A program made the position numbers and the translations under genes. This document shows positions 9,125 through 17,276 of a stretch of 33,659 nucleotides of DNA, in pieces (position 1 is the stretch's first letter; each line of letters begins with the position of its first letter). The notes beneath the pieces are model-generated. The model was given only the letters and a program-made list of their open reading frames with translations, made no database searches and was not told where the DNA came from. Origin of the DNA: an uncultured Candidatus Bathyarchaeia archaeon (GTDB taxonomy: Archaea > Thermoproteota > Bathyarchaeia > EX4484-135 > B24-G1); assembly GCA_964555905.1 (NCBI GenBank), contig CAZKUI010000004.1:1-33659 (forward strand), written 5' to 3'.

Positions 9125-10141
9125 ATGGCTGGATTAGGGTTTGGAGATGAGGAGCTACTGGCGGAGAGGGAAAGGAGGGCGGCTGTGAAGATAAACGTCG
9201 TCGGCGTTGGAGGCTGCGGAAACAACGCAATAAACAACCTCTACAAGCTGAGGCTCCCGGCGAAGCTCATCGCCATGAACACCGACGCACCAGTCCTCAG
9301 AAAGACGGCGGCCGACAAGAAGGTCCTCCTCAGCGGCCTCACGGAAATCCCGAGGGGAGCCCACGGAGTCCCGGATGTAGGGGCTAAGGCCATGGAGAAC
9401 AGCATCGACGATGCCATAGCCGCCATAGACAAGGACGTAGACGCCGTCATCGGAGTTGCGGGGCTCGGCGGTGGAACCGGAACCGGAGGCCTACCAGTTC
9501 TGTTTAGGGAGTTGGCGGTGAGGAGGAAGGATGCCCTTAGAATCGCCGTGGTGACGCTGCCATTCAAGGAGGAGGGTGACGAGAGGGTCAAGAACGCGCA
9601 GATGGGCCTGCAGGAGCTCCTAGAGTGCTCCGACACGGTGATACCGAACGCCAACGACGTGCTGGCGGAGAAGATGGGAGGCGTCACCATGACGTACGCC
9701 TTCAAGGTCATGGACAAGAAGATAGCCAGAGTGGTGGAGGCGCTGGTGAGGCTTCAGTCGCCGGAGACCGGCCCGGGGATAATAAACGTGGACTTCTCCA
9801 ACGTGAAGAGGATAATGCGAAATGCGCGCGTCTCCTTCGCCGGGGTGGGTGAGGGCAGGAGGGTCTACGACGCCTTCACCAAGGCGTTGAAGGACGACTA
9901 CGCCGAGACGGACCTGTCTACGTCCCACGGGATGGTTCTCTACTACGAGGGCAAGGAGGTCTACCTAGACATGAGCCAGATAAGGAGCACCATCAACTAC
10001 ATAACGAACAACTTCGGGACATCTACCGTGTTCTTCGGCATAAGGCCCACATGGGAACTGGCGGAGGTGAGGGCGTCGCTAATCGCCTGCGGAGTGAGGA
10101 GCAACTACTTAGACGAATTCCTAGGAGGTGAAGTCCCGTGA
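9125..10141 (+). CDS. FtsZ/tubulin-family GTPase, copy 2 (type B)
   Basis: GVGGCGNN, NTD, GLGGGTGTG, PFKEEGDER, T7 INVDFSNV; GGAGGTGA SD. Confidence 0.93.
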   Translation: MAGLGFGDEELLAERERRAAVKINVVGVGGCGNNAINNLYKLRLPAKLIAMNTDAPVLRKTAADKKVLLSGLTEIPRGAHGVPDVGAKAMENSIDDAIAAIDKDVDAVIGVAGLGGGTGTGGLPVLFRELAVRRKDALRIAVVTLPFKEEGDERVKNAQMGLQELLECSDTVIPNANDVLAEKMGGVTMTYAFKVMDKKIARVVEALVRLQSPETGPGIINVDFSNVKRIMRNARVSFAGVGEGRRVYDAFTKALKDDYAETDLSTSHGMVLYYEGKEVYLDMSQIRSTINYITNNFGTSTVFFGIRPTWELAEVRASLIACGVRSNYLDEFLGGEVP

Positions 10142-10395
10142 GCTTCTTCAGGAGGAAGCGCGAGGTAAGCCCGCCGCTGGAGGAGCTGATCAACAAGTTC
10201 CTAGACGAGCACCCCGGGGAGGTGGACCTAGCGTGGCACCTAGAGATGGAGAAGATGCCCTACATACCACCGGTGGTCAAGTTCGCCGACTGGGCCTCGG
10301 AGAAGGGCTACAACTCCAACTATGACCGCAGGGAGGTGGAGGCGGAGATGATGAAGGCTGTCATGCTAAGGGTTACAAAGAGGGGGGTGAGGTGA
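10138..10395 (+). CDS. Small hypothetical protein embedded in the ftsZ-like operon
   Basis: 85 aa. GTGA start/stop overlap with copy 2, GGAGGTGA SD, and a 1-nt gap to copy 3. Confidence 0.8.
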   Translation: MSFFRRKREVSPPLEELINKFLDEHPGEVDLAWHLEMEKMPYIPPVVKFADWASEKGYNSNYDRREVEAEMMKAVMLRVTKRGVR

Positions 10396-10396
10396 A

Positions 10397-11404
10397 GTGG
10401 CAAGCGTGGAGAATGCATACCTAAGGGAGGTCGTGGGTAAGAGGGCCGCCGTTAAGATGGCTGTAGTAGGCATAGGAGGCTGCGGGTGCAACACCATCAC
10501 AAACCTAGAGATGGCCGGAGTGGAGGTCCCCACCATCGCCGTAGACATGGACGCCGTCACGCTCCACAAGACGAGGGCGAAACACAAGGTGCTGATAGGG
10601 GAAACCACCACCCACGGGAGAGGCTCAGGTGGCCTACTCTCCCTGGGAAGGAAGGTCATGTCGGATGAGATAGAGAAGGTGGCAACCCTCATAAAGGACG
10701 CGGAGCTGGTGATCGTGACCGCTGGCCTGGGGGGCGGAACTGGAAGCGGTGGAATAGCCACCTTCGTGGAGTACATGGACGAGAACATGAAGGACAAACT
10801 CCTATGGAGCGTGGTGACGCTTCCCTTCGAATCCGAGGGGACGGAGAGGGCGAAAAACGCCAGCACAGCCCTGAGGGAGGTAATGGAACTCTCGGACATG
10901 ACGATAGTCCACAGCAACGACGTCCTTAAAGCCAAGGCTAGGCACGCATCCATAATCCAAGCGTTCAGGCGCATGGATAAGGTCCTAACAAACGCCATAA
11001 CCGGGCTGCTGAGGCTTCAGGGAGCCGAGCCCGTCCCGGGGCTCATCAGCATAGACTTCTCCAACATCGAGAGGGTCACGAGGGATTCGGGCCTCGGCTT
11101 CGTGGGGGTCGGCGAGGGCAGGGACACCCTAACCGCCTTCGAGAACTCGCTGAAGGAGAACTACGCGGAGGCGGATATAACCAACGCCCAGGGCGCCGTG
11201 GTTCTGGTGGAGGCGAGGAAGGCTGTGCTGAGCACCGGAGGCGTGGAGGAGATACCGAGAATCCTGAAGGAGAACTACGGAATAACCACCATATACTTCG
11301 GGGTGCGCCCGGACTGGACGCTCCACCTGCCGAAGGTGACCCTAGTAACCTCCGGTGTGCGGTCTAAGCTGGTGGACAACTACCTCAGGGGGAGCGAGAA
11401 GTGA
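10397..11404 (+). CDS. FtsZ/tubulin-family GTPase, copy 3 (type B')
   Basis: GIGGCGCN, DMD, GRGSGG, GLGGGTGSG, PFESEGTER, T7 ISIDFSNI. Confidence 0.93.
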   Translation: MASVENAYLREVVGKRAAVKMAVVGIGGCGCNTITNLEMAGVEVPTIAVDMDAVTLHKTRAKHKVLIGETTTHGRGSGGLLSLGRKVMSDEIEKVATLIKDAELVIVTAGLGGGTGSGGIATFVEYMDENMKDKLLWSVVTLPFESEGTERAKNASTALREVMELSDMTIVHSNDVLKAKARHASIIQAFRRMDKVLTNAITGLLRLQGAEPVPGLISIDFSNIERVTRDSGLGFVGVGEGRDTLTAFENSLKENYAEADITNAQGAVVLVEARKAVLSTGGVEEIPRILKENYGITTIYFGVRPDWTLHLPKVTLVTSGVRSKLVDNYLRGSEK

Positions 11405-12366
11405 GCGAGGAGGTCAAGCCGGGCATAGTTGTGGTGGGCGTGGGCGGCTGCGGGTGCAACACGCTGAACAGGCTGTACGAGGTGGGGGTGGAGGTTCCCA
11501 CCATCGCCGTGCACACCGAGGCTGTTCACCTAAAGACGGTGAAGGCGACAGCCACCATACTCGTGGGGCGCACCACCACCGAGGGGCGCGGAAGCGGCGG
11601 AAACCCGATCAAGGGGCAGATGGCCATGAGCGAGGACGTAGACGCCGTCATCTCGGCGATGGGCTCCCCGAACGTGGTCATCGCAACCGGGGGCCTAGGC
11701 GGGGGGACGGCGTCAGGCGGGATTCCGGTCCTCCTAGACGAGGTGAAGAGCCGCTTCCCGGAGGCATTAAGAATCTCCCTAGTAACCATACCCTTCACGT
11801 TCGAGGGAATAAACCGCATGGAAAACGCGAGGATAGGCCTCAGGGCGATTATAGACCGCTCGGACCTCACCATCGTGAACATGAATGACCTACTGCTGAA
11901 GAAGATAGGGGATATACAGGTTCAGTACGCGTTCAAGTTCATGGACAGCATACTGGTGAACACGCTGAAGGGCCTCGTAGACCTCATCACAAAGCCAGCT
12001 GTGGTCAGCATAAGCTTCGCCGACTTCCACTCGCTCGTGAAGGACATGAACCTAGGCATGGTTGGGCATGGAGTCGGAAGGAAGGTGAGGGAGGCGCTGG
12101 AGAACGCCGTGAAGAACAAGCTCGTAGACGCGGAGCTAGAAACCGCCGAGGGCGCCCTACTATACATAACGGCCCCGCCAGCCGTCACCCTGCAGGAGGC
12201 CAGCGAAGCCGCCAGAACCCTAACGGAGCAGTACCACATAGGCCGAGTTTTTTGGGGCCTAAGAACCGAGGAGGGCATTGAACGCCCAACCGTGATGCTG
12301 GCGGCCTCCAACGTCACATCGCCAACCATCAACAACCTCATAGGAACCACCGAGAAGATGTTCTAG
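11401..12366 (+). CDS. FtsZ/tubulin-family GTPase, copy 4 (type A')
   Basis: GVGGCGCN, HTE, GRGSGG, GLGGGTASG, PFTFEGINR, T7 VSISFADF; GTGA overlap with copy 3. Confidence 0.92.
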   Translation: MSEEVKPGIVVVGVGGCGCNTLNRLYEVGVEVPTIAVHTEAVHLKTVKATATILVGRTTTEGRGSGGNPIKGQMAMSEDVDAVISAMGSPNVVIATGGLGGGTASGGIPVLLDEVKSRFPEALRISLVTIPFTFEGINRMENARIGLRAIIDRSDLTIVNMNDLLLKKIGDIQVQYAFKFMDSILVNTLKGLVDLITKPAVVSISFADFHSLVKDMNLGMVGHGVGRKVREALENAVKNKLVDAELETAEGALLYITAPPAVTLQEASEAARTLTEQYHIGRVFWGLRTEEGIERPTVMLAASNVTSPTINNLIGTTEKMF

Positions 12367-12937
12367 CAGCCGACCGAGCGGGGGCGCCTGCGCCCCCGCT
12401 CTCCACAGCCACCACGCTGGGGCCCTCCGCTGGTTCGGCGATTATCTCGCAGTATGGGTCCCCCCTCGCGATGCACCTGACCTCCCTACCAACGATTTTC
12501 ACGTTTCCCCTCCTTTTTCTGCTAGATTCCGCTACGTATTGCAGCACGCCGGCTATGATTCCCCTCCATAGGTGGCAGGCGGGTCTACCGGCGTCGCGTA
12601 GCTCCTCCGCTGGCGAGTGCCGTATTATCACGTCGACCCTGGGCTTATCCATGTTGAGTTCTACGAGGCCGAAGACGCCCCAACCCCTTACGAATCCGGT
12701 GTGTAGGCACGCCTCCATTATGGCTGGCCCCTTCAGCCCCCGGGAGCCCAGGCTCTTAGCGAGGTTGTAGCCGCCTTTGAAGCCAGCGTTGTAGAGGAAT
12801 AGGGCGGCTCCCCTAGCTCCAAAGAATTTTTCGGCTGTCTGTTGGAGTAGCGCCATAAATCCCCTAGTTATTATTAATATCGGGGTTTCGCCCAAAAACA
12901 GCCTTCCAAACTTATCCGAGGAAATCTCGACCTTCAC
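12338..12937 (-). CDS. V4R (4-vinyl reductase-like) ligand-binding domain protein
   Basis: LYNAGFKGG, GWG, PACHLWRGIIAG, EVRCIARGDPYCEI. Confidence 0.85.
   Translation of the reverse strand: MKVEISSDKFGRLFLGETPILIITRGFMALLQQTAEKFFGARGAALFLYNAGFKGGYNLAKSLGSRGLKGPAIMEACLHTGFVRGWGVFGLVELNMDKPRVDVIIRHSPAEELRDAGRPACHLWRGIIAGVLQYVAESSRKRRGNVKIVGREVRCIARGDPYCEIIAEPAEGPSVVAVESGGAGAPARSAARTSSRWFL
12376..12401. terminator. Perfect GC-rich hairpin after the ftsZ-like operon (terminator or 3' stabiliser candidate)
   Basis: GAGCGGGGGCGC-CT-GCGCCCCCGCTC, 9 nt after the stop at 12366. No U-tract follows, so the function is uncertain. Confidence 0.45.
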
Positions 12938-13053
12938 GTCCAGCCTCTCCCCGTTCCCGGCTAAGACCTCGCCCCCTCCTAAATTTAGTTTGCAATTTCG
13001 GCTCGTTTTAGATGTAGTTGCGGATATATAAGGGTTTTATGGGCTGGCGGTCC

Positions 13054-13776
13054 TTACAAAACGTCGCCTTTAGTGCCTATTTTTAGCTCCAAAAGCCTGA
13101 CAGCCCGAGGCACCTCCATTATGCCGTCTACCACCACATCCGGCTGCACGCCGACAACGTCTCCCTCACCCTCATCACGCACCCAGATAGCCCACATCCC
13201 GACACCCTTAGCCCCCGCCACATCCTCCCTAACCGAGTTCCCCACGTGAACAGCCTCCCAAGGCCTAACGCCTAGCCGCTTGAGGGCGTATTGAAATATC
13301 CGTGGGTGCGGCTTCCTATAGCCCACCTCCCCGGAGATGACGACGACCTCAAAGTACTCTGATAGCCCGCTTTCTTCAAGGAAGAGCTTCGGGAGGAGGC
13401 TCATGGAGTTGGATATAACGGCTAGGCGGTATGCACCCCTGAGGGCGTTGAGCGCCTCAACAACCCCCTCCTTCACGTTTTGCGGGAAGCTAAGCCTATA
13501 GAGGTGTCTGATGTCATCAATCAGGTCGGCGGTTGGCGGTATGTGGAGCCTCCTCAACACCTCGGAGTAGAAGTCCTCAAACCGCATCTCCCTACCCCTA
13601 GACCTGAACCTCCCAAGCTTCTCCATGGATGGACGCAACGCCCTGCGGTAGCTCGCTACGGTAACCGGGTAGCCCATGCCCCGAAGGTGGCTGACCACCC
13701 TCTCCACGTACGCATCCCTATCCAACTCGCCGCTAGCCAACGTTCCACCGACATCAAACGTTACGGCTAGAATCAA
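13054..13776 (-). CDS. HAD-superfamily hydrolase (subfamily IA)
   Basis: FDVGGTL, ISN, KPHPRIF, HVGNSVREDVAGA. Confidence 0.9.
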   Translation of the reverse strand: MILAVTFDVGGTLASGELDRDAYVERVVSHLRGMGYPVTVASYRRALRPSMEKLGRFRSRGREMRFEDFYSEVLRRLHIPPTADLIDDIRHLYRLSFPQNVKEGVVEALNALRGAYRLAVISNSMSLLPKLFLEESGLSEYFEVVVISGEVGYRKPHPRIFQYALKRLGVRPWEAVHVGNSVREDVAGAKGVGMWAIWVRDEGEGDVVGVQPDVVVDGIMEVPRAVRLLELKIGTKGDVL

Positions 13777-14336
13777 CTTGGGTTCACCAACAGGTGCGTC
13801 CAGAAATCCCCCCTACCCCACTCGTAGACGAGTATTGCGGCGGTGAGCGCAAGGCACACTAGGTGGACGAGGATGGTTGCGGCCGCTGGGTTCCCGAAGA
13901 GGACTAGGGTGTCTACGGAGGATGCGGTGAGGGGGTAGAGTAGGGGGTTGTAGGGGTGGTGGAGCGCGTCCAAGAGGACGTGGGAGACGCACCCTAAAAA
14001 GGCGGACGCCACTAACCCCCAGCTGGGCCTACACGCCTCGAGGGCGTCTACACCAAATAGAGCCGATGAAATGCGGGGATAAAGATAGATGGTTACGATT
14101 AGCGTCAATCCTAAGCCTAGGGTGGAGGCTCCGATCAGGCTGTGAAGAACAAGCCTATCTGCGGCTAGCTCGTAGGGGACGTCCAGATTCAAAATTTTCA
14201 AACGAAACAGTAGGTAAATCACGGGGTTCTCCAAATCGGGGATGAGGCTCCCAACTGTGAGAGCTGGAAGGCTGAGGTGCCTATCAAGCCTCTTAGCCAC
14301 GTACGCCACGCAGTAATGAAGCGGGGTTACCGGCAA
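13773..14336 (-). CDS. Membrane metal-dependent hydrolase (DUF4184/YdjM-like)
   Basis: MPVTPLH, GSLIPDLE, HSLIG, SHVLLDALHH. Confidence 0.75.
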   Translation of the reverse strand: MPVTPLHYCVAYVAKRLDRHLSLPALTVGSLIPDLENPVIYLLFRLKILNLDVPYELAADRLVLHSLIGASTLGLGLTLIVTIYLYPRISSALFGVDALEACRPSWGLVASAFLGCVSHVLLDALHHPYNPLLYPLTASSVDTLVLFGNPAAATILVHLVCLALTAAILVYEWGRGDFWTHLLVNPS

Positions 14337-14522
14337 TGGGAGGACACCACAATGTATGCGTTAAGTTCTAGAAATTAAACCTGTTGCCGTAAAACGTAAA
14401 ATCGGGAGTTTTTCACGTGTCTCCATAAACCATTTTTGGGTGTAAGCCCGCCGCGTTCTATGCGGCGATTTACTTTTAAGCACTTCACCCTACTAATATT
14501 TGGTATCTGCGGGTGAGTAACT

Positions 14523-15122
14523 TTGGCTGAGATGGAAGAAGCCGCCAAGAGTGGGTCACTATCTCAGGAACTGAGAAAACGCCTGCCTAGCATGATAAAC
14601 AACGTAATAAAGTTCGCCGTGCTCATGATAATCATCCGGTTCGTAGCCCCTTCCATAATACCCTCAAACACCGAGCTAATTCCGAACATTCTCGGAGTGA
14701 ACACGGTACTCAACGCTCTCTCCTTCCTCGTAATCATCTATTACGGATATTACATACTGAGGGACATCCGCGCGCTGACGGATAGGGCGGTGAACTTCGT
14801 GGTAATTCGTTCTGGTATCGTGAAGGAGAGGAGCGCCCTGAGGAGGGCTGCCATGGACATCGTCTGGACTATTGGAATAATTCTGGCATACGCCGCCGTA
14901 ATGCCCCTAGTGAAAGGCGCCATTAAAATTTCCTGGGTTGAAATCGCCGTCGCCCTTAGCTTCCTACTGCTCATCGCGATCTTCCTATACGATTGCGTTA
15001 GGATGCTCAGCCTAATCTTTGGGGTGGGGATTAAGAGGTTAGTGGATGTTGTAGCTGGTATCGTGGAGAAGGCTGAGAGGGAGGTGAAAGAGGAGGAGAG
15101 TGGGGAGGGTCCCACCGGATGA
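14523..15122 (+). CDS. Hypothetical membrane protein (about 4 TM)
   Basis: Four hydrophobic segments; ATGA overlap with the downstream transporter gene. Confidence 0.7.
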   Translation: MAEMEEAAKSGSLSQELRKRLPSMINNVIKFAVLMIIIRFVAPSIIPSNTELIPNILGVNTVLNALSFLVIIYYGYYILRDIRALTDRAVNFVVIRSGIVKERSALRRAAMDIVWTIGIILAYAAVMPLVKGAIKISWVEIAVALSFLLLIAIFLYDCVRMLSLIFGVGIKRLVDVVAGIVEKAEREVKEEESGEGPTG

Positions 15123-16399
15123 CTATAAGCGTGGAAGCTATCTTCGCCTTAGTTTTCCTTTTCGTCATACTCCTTATCTTCCTAGAGGTTGTACACAGAA
15201 CTTTAGCGGCACTTATAGGGGCATTCCTAGCTGCCTACTTTGGCATCGTCTACCGCGTCTTCGGATATGAGGAAATGCTAACTTTCATAGACTTTCGCCT
15301 ACTAATCTTCGTGGTTGGGATATACATAATAGTGGAGGTGATGGATAGGGCTGGAGTCTTCCACTTTCTGGCGTTATCCATCCTAAATATGGTAGGCGCC
15401 AATCCAAAACGCCTTATGATAATATTCCCCCTCATAACCATCCTAATTTCTGCTCTCTTATCTAACATCGCTGTAATGATGATAGTTGGAGCCCTTACCA
15501 TGGCTGTTGCTAAGAGAATAAAACTAGATCCACTACCATATCTCATTTCCGAGAGCATAGCGGCTAACGTTGGGGGATTAATGTTGATTATAAGTTCCAT
15601 ACCTACCATGCTAGTAGGGATGGAAGCGGGCTTCACCTTCTTAGGGTTCCTATTAATATCCGTGCCAACAACCCTGTTCTTATCACTGGTCACCGTTTTA
15701 ATTTGTCTATCAATCTTTAGGGTCGAATCCGGTGAATTTAAGGAGTTGCATTTTAATCCATGGTCTGCTGTGAAGGATAGAGGAGTTTTCATGCGATCCA
15801 TCGCCATTTTCATCTTAACCTTAATTCTCTTCATGTTTTGCGACAGACTAGGGCTTGGGATGGAGGCTGTAGCCATCGGAAGCGCTGTCATCCTCCTCGT
15901 CTTAACCAACGTAGACATAGAGGATATTCTCGGCCATTTAGACTGGCCAACCGTATTCTTCTTCTCCGGCTTCTTCATTCTCGTCGGGGGCTTGGAGAAG
16001 TCCGGGCTTCTCCGCCTAATTTCAATGCATATACTCCAATTCACCGGAGGGAACCCTGCCCTACTGACGCTTACAATTCTGTGGGTTGGAGCCATACTCT
16101 CCGGGGCTGTGGATAATATTCCCATAACCCTAACTCTGATACCCATAATAAAGGGCTTAATTCCTCAGGTGAGCGTGAATCCCATGGTTATCTGGTGGAG
16201 CCTCCTCATAGGGGTAACGGTAGGTGGGAACTTCACCCCAATTTCCTCGCCTCCAGGCCTAGTCACCATGAGTATCTTAGATAGGGAGGGGGTTTCGGGA
16301 TACTTCTACAAATTTCTCAAAATGAACTTCATCATAACAATTGCCCAGCTATTGGCGGCAACCATATATACCTACGCTCTACTTATAGTCATAGGTTGA
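15119..16399 (+). CDS. ArsB/NhaD/SLC13 (ion transporter superfamily) permease
   Basis: HRTLAALIGA, SALLSN, ANVGG, DWPTVFFFSGFFILVGGLEKSG, SGAVDNIP, GGNFTPISS. Confidence 0.9.
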   Translation: MTISVEAIFALVFLFVILLIFLEVVHRTLAALIGAFLAAYFGIVYRVFGYEEMLTFIDFRLLIFVVGIYIIVEVMDRAGVFHFLALSILNMVGANPKRLMIIFPLITILISALLSNIAVMMIVGALTMAVAKRIKLDPLPYLISESIAANVGGLMLIISSIPTMLVGMEAGFTFLGFLLISVPTTLFLSLVTVLICLSIFRVESGEFKELHFNPWSAVKDRGVFMRSIAIFILTLILFMFCDRLGLGMEAVAIGSAVILLVLTNVDIEDILGHLDWPTVFFFSGFFILVGGLEKSGLLRLISMHILQFTGGNPALLTLTILWVGAILSGAVDNIPITLTLIPIIKGLIPQVSVNPMVIWWSLLIGVTVGGNFTPISSPPGLVTMSILDREGVSGYFYKFLKMNFIITIAQLLAATIYTYALLIVIG

Positions 16400-16405
16400 A
16401 ACGGA

Positions 16406-16663
16406 ATGACGCTTAAAGATATCGTAGAGAGGCTAAGGAGGCGATCCATGAGTGAGAGCATGAGCAAGTACGAGGAGGAGCGTAAGCGGATGGACGATAT
16501 CCTATCAAAGCCTCACATAACTCTCCACATTGAAATCCCTGAAGGTTTCGAGGATATGCGTGGGGAGTTTATGGAATTGGAAGATGATAAGGAGTTCCTC
16601 TCGGCGGTAGAGAACCTCGTAAAGAAAACCCTCCTTGCAAGGAGGAGGAAGGCAACCGATTAA
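16406..16663 (+). CDS. Small charged hypothetical protein
   Basis: 85 aa, ATG 6 nt after the permease stop. Confidence 0.65.
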   Translation: MTLKDIVERLRRRSMSESMSKYEEERKRMDDILSKPHITLHIEIPEGFEDMRGEFMELEDDKEFLSAVENLVKKTLLARRRKATD

Positions 16664-16695
16664 CAGCACCTGTCTACGCGAGGTGTCCGTGCGAG

Positions 16696-17217
16696 TTGCG
16701 CCTCTTGTCCCGGCTTCTACGTTGGTGGAGGTTGCGAGGTGCAGTTTTCCCAGATACTTTAAACACACCAGAGGATTTGGAGGCTGCCCGGAGGCTCATA
16801 GAACTTGGTTACAGGCATAGACTGAAGGTAGACGGGAGCCGAGAGTTTAAGGATCGTATTATGGAAACCCTAAAGCTCATAGAGGAAGCTGGCTATGGAG
16901 ACCTGCTCCACGCATACATTCGGCGCATCGTGGAGGTCGAGGGCTACACCCAGCTGAGGGAGGTTGAGGCCACCTTATGGATGAGCAAGTTCTCCCTAAC
17001 CGACGTGGTGGACGCCGCCAGCATCATAATCCAGAAGGTGTACCAGATGAAGAGGTTCTTGGAGGGAAAGCCGTATTATGGCCCAAAGGGGGAGATGTGG
17101 ACGACGAAGAAGCGCTTCGAATTCTTGGAAAAGCTCAAGGAGAAAGCCAAGGAGGAGTGGGTTAGAAGGCGGTGCAAGGAACTCCTGAAGGAGTGGGAGG
17201 CGCCCCTAGTCATCTAG
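16696..17217 (+). CDS. Hypothetical protein
   Basis: 173-aa ORF with typical codon usage and an upstream GAGGTG SD. Confidence 0.7.
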   Translation: MRLLSRLLRWWRLRGAVFPDTLNTPEDLEAARRLIELGYRHRLKVDGSREFKDRIMETLKLIEEAGYGDLLHAYIRRIVEVEGYTQLREVEATLWMSKFSLTDVVDAASIIIQKVYQMKRFLEGKPYYGPKGEMWTTKKRFEFLEKLKEKAKEEWVRRRCKELLKEWEAPLVI

Positions 17218-17276
17218 CTGAGAATGGCGTTTTTATTTAGGGGTGGCTCGATATAAGTTTCCAGAGGTAGTGCACG

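Noticed and set aside
8234-12350. Long antisense ORFs over the ftsZ-like genes (e.g. 10366-10998, 9241-9717, 11526-11882)
   Set aside because: They are shadow frames of GC-rich genes. Their mutual similarity (PPPRP) just mirrors the glycine-rich sense motifs.
8136-12366. Calling the GTPases true tubulins, CetZ, or canonical ftsZ1/ftsZ2
   Set aside because: The first loop is GGCGxN (FtsZ-type, not GQ(A/C)G), the PF..EG..R motif is FtsZ-like, and there are no tubulin C-terminal helices. No copy has a fully canonical T7 plus signature, so no gene symbol was assigned.
14449-14467. Small hairpin CGCCGCG-TTCTA-TGCGGCG in a divergent intergenic region
   Set aside because: It is too short to support an ncRNA call, and no box motifs were seen nearby.
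15250-16146. 298-aa minus-strand ORF
   Set aside because: It is entirely antisense to a well-supported permease and has no recognisable motifs.
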